The notes under the pieces are model-generated. The model ran no database searches and was not told the origin of the DNA. It saw only the letters and a program-made list of their open reading frames with translations. Shown here piece after piece: positions 63,458 to 64,000 of a stretch of 64,000 bases of DNA (the stretch's first letter is position 1; the number at the start of each line of letters is the position of its first letter). Origin of the DNA: Candidatus Omnitrophota bacterium (lineage in GTDB: Bacteria > Omnitrophota > Gorgyraeia > Gygaellales > Profunditerraquicolaceae); assembly GCA_029571225.1 (NCBI GenBank), contig JAKPTF010000009.1, forward strand, positions 26,925 to 90,924. The letters run 5' to 3'. The position numbers and the translations under genes were made by a program.

Positions 63458-64000
63458 GAGGCCTCTGTATGATGTACGAAGGCACGATCATGGCCGGCCG
63501 GTACGACCGCTTGACAGCCTGCAGGCGCGCGAGCCCGGAATCGTCCATCGTGTTGATATAGCGGTATTGAGACATCTCTTGGCAGAACTGCCGGAATATA
63601 TACTGGCTGATACCCTTGAACGATAGGTCAGCGATCTCATACAGGATACAGAACGTGTCAGAGGACAGTTTATAGCCGAACGTGAACGCACAGACTCGTC
63701 CCTGAACGGTCACGACCCGCCCTTCCAGGCCGAGCGCCCCGGGTCTGCGCAGGGCAATCTGTATGCACGAACGGCTGTCCTTTAGCATGCCGGTATATAT
63801 CCTGTCGCGTGAAGTAGCAGCCCGTTCGTCGGCCCATCGGTCATACAGATCAAGGCATTGCTTACGGCGCGAGGGCGTATATCGTTCATACGCGGCAGAA
63901 TACGTCCTGGAAAAATAATTGCAGGCGGCCCGTTTTGATTTATACGCGTCGCCGGCCAGCCGCGCCAGGCGGACACGCTCATAGACGTACTCGCCCCCCT
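63450..64000 (-). CDS. DUF2156 (phosphatidylglycerol lysyltransferase C-terminal-like, GNAT fold) protein, 5' end outside window
   Basis: By hand translation the frame stays open from the window edge: ...GGEYVYERVRLARLAGDAYKSKRAACNYFSRTYSAAYERY...RIYTGMLKDS.... It ends FCILYEIADLSFKGISQYIFRQFC...YINTMDDSGLARLQAVKRSYRP. Confidence 0.7.
   Translation of the reverse strand, partial: GGEYVYERVRLARLAGDAYKSKRAACNYFSRTYSAAYERYTPSRRKQCLDLYDRWADERAATSRDRIYTGMLKDSRSCIQIALRRPGALGLEGRVVTVQGRVCAFTFGYKLSSDTFCILYEIADLSFKGISQYIFRQFCQEMSQYRYINTMDDSGLARLQAVKRSYRPAMIVPSYIIQRPHA

Noticed and set aside
63782-63982. 66-aa ORF on the - strand listed in the track
   Set aside because: A different minus-strand frame stays open from the window edge into the DUF2156 ORF and reads like protein (…YKSKRAACNYFSRTYSAAYERY…). 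The 66-aa ORF is an out-of-frame artefact.
1-64000. CRISPR arrays, tandem or interspersed repeats, IS elements, prophage or defence-island content
   Set aside because: Reading the intergenic regions (the largest are 400, 223, 194 and 170 nt) shows no repeat-spacer periodicity or terminal inverted repeats. None of the 67 CDS resembles a transposase, integrase, Cas, restriction, toxin-antitoxin or phage structural protein.

Overview
This is a 64-kb chromosomal window from a diderm bacterium: LptE, BamD-like, TolC, Omp85-type barrel and secretin genes are all present. GC content is moderate to high. I cannot assign a lineage from sequence alone. I call 67 protein-coding genes and 2 tRNAs. Packing is very tight, with many 4-nt ATGA stop/start overlaps, and 63 of 67 CDS lie on the minus strand.

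Most content is housekeeping: prfB (with its programmed +1 frameshift, cut by the window edge), pilT, uvrC, murJ, rpsT, lptE/holA-like, comEA/comEC/comM, leuS, nfo, rlmN, mazG, dusB, accA, folE, mnmE, folC and purH. There is also a MarR-controlled TolC-MFP-RND efflux operon. I saw no rRNA, CRISPR array, transposase, integrase or prophage genes.

Content that looks out of the ordinary:
- **Secretin cassette (50.6-54.5 kb).** A fimbrial/SCPU-like secreted subunit (split by a frameshift at an A6 run), a 411-aa beta-sandwich protein, and a secretin with a C-terminal TonB_C domain. It has its own promoter and a long structured leader.
- **kamA operon (43.7-46.9 kb).** A self-contained operon of two tandem Ddl-like ATP-grasp ligases plus lysine 2,3-aminomutase, behind a leader carrying a terminator hairpin.
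- **Unusual domain fusions.** An M1 peptidase fused to an Omp85 barrel; a PilZ-TM-coiled-coil-toroid protein; and a DEDDh exonuclease fused to a WYL-like domain.
- **Degenerate YchF.** A YchF homolog with the P-loop deleted, next to an EF-G paralog.
- **Zinc-ribbon miniproteins.** Two tandem paralogs, one with an in-frame TAA.

All functional calls rest on motifs read by eye and recalled family knowledge. No database search was run.
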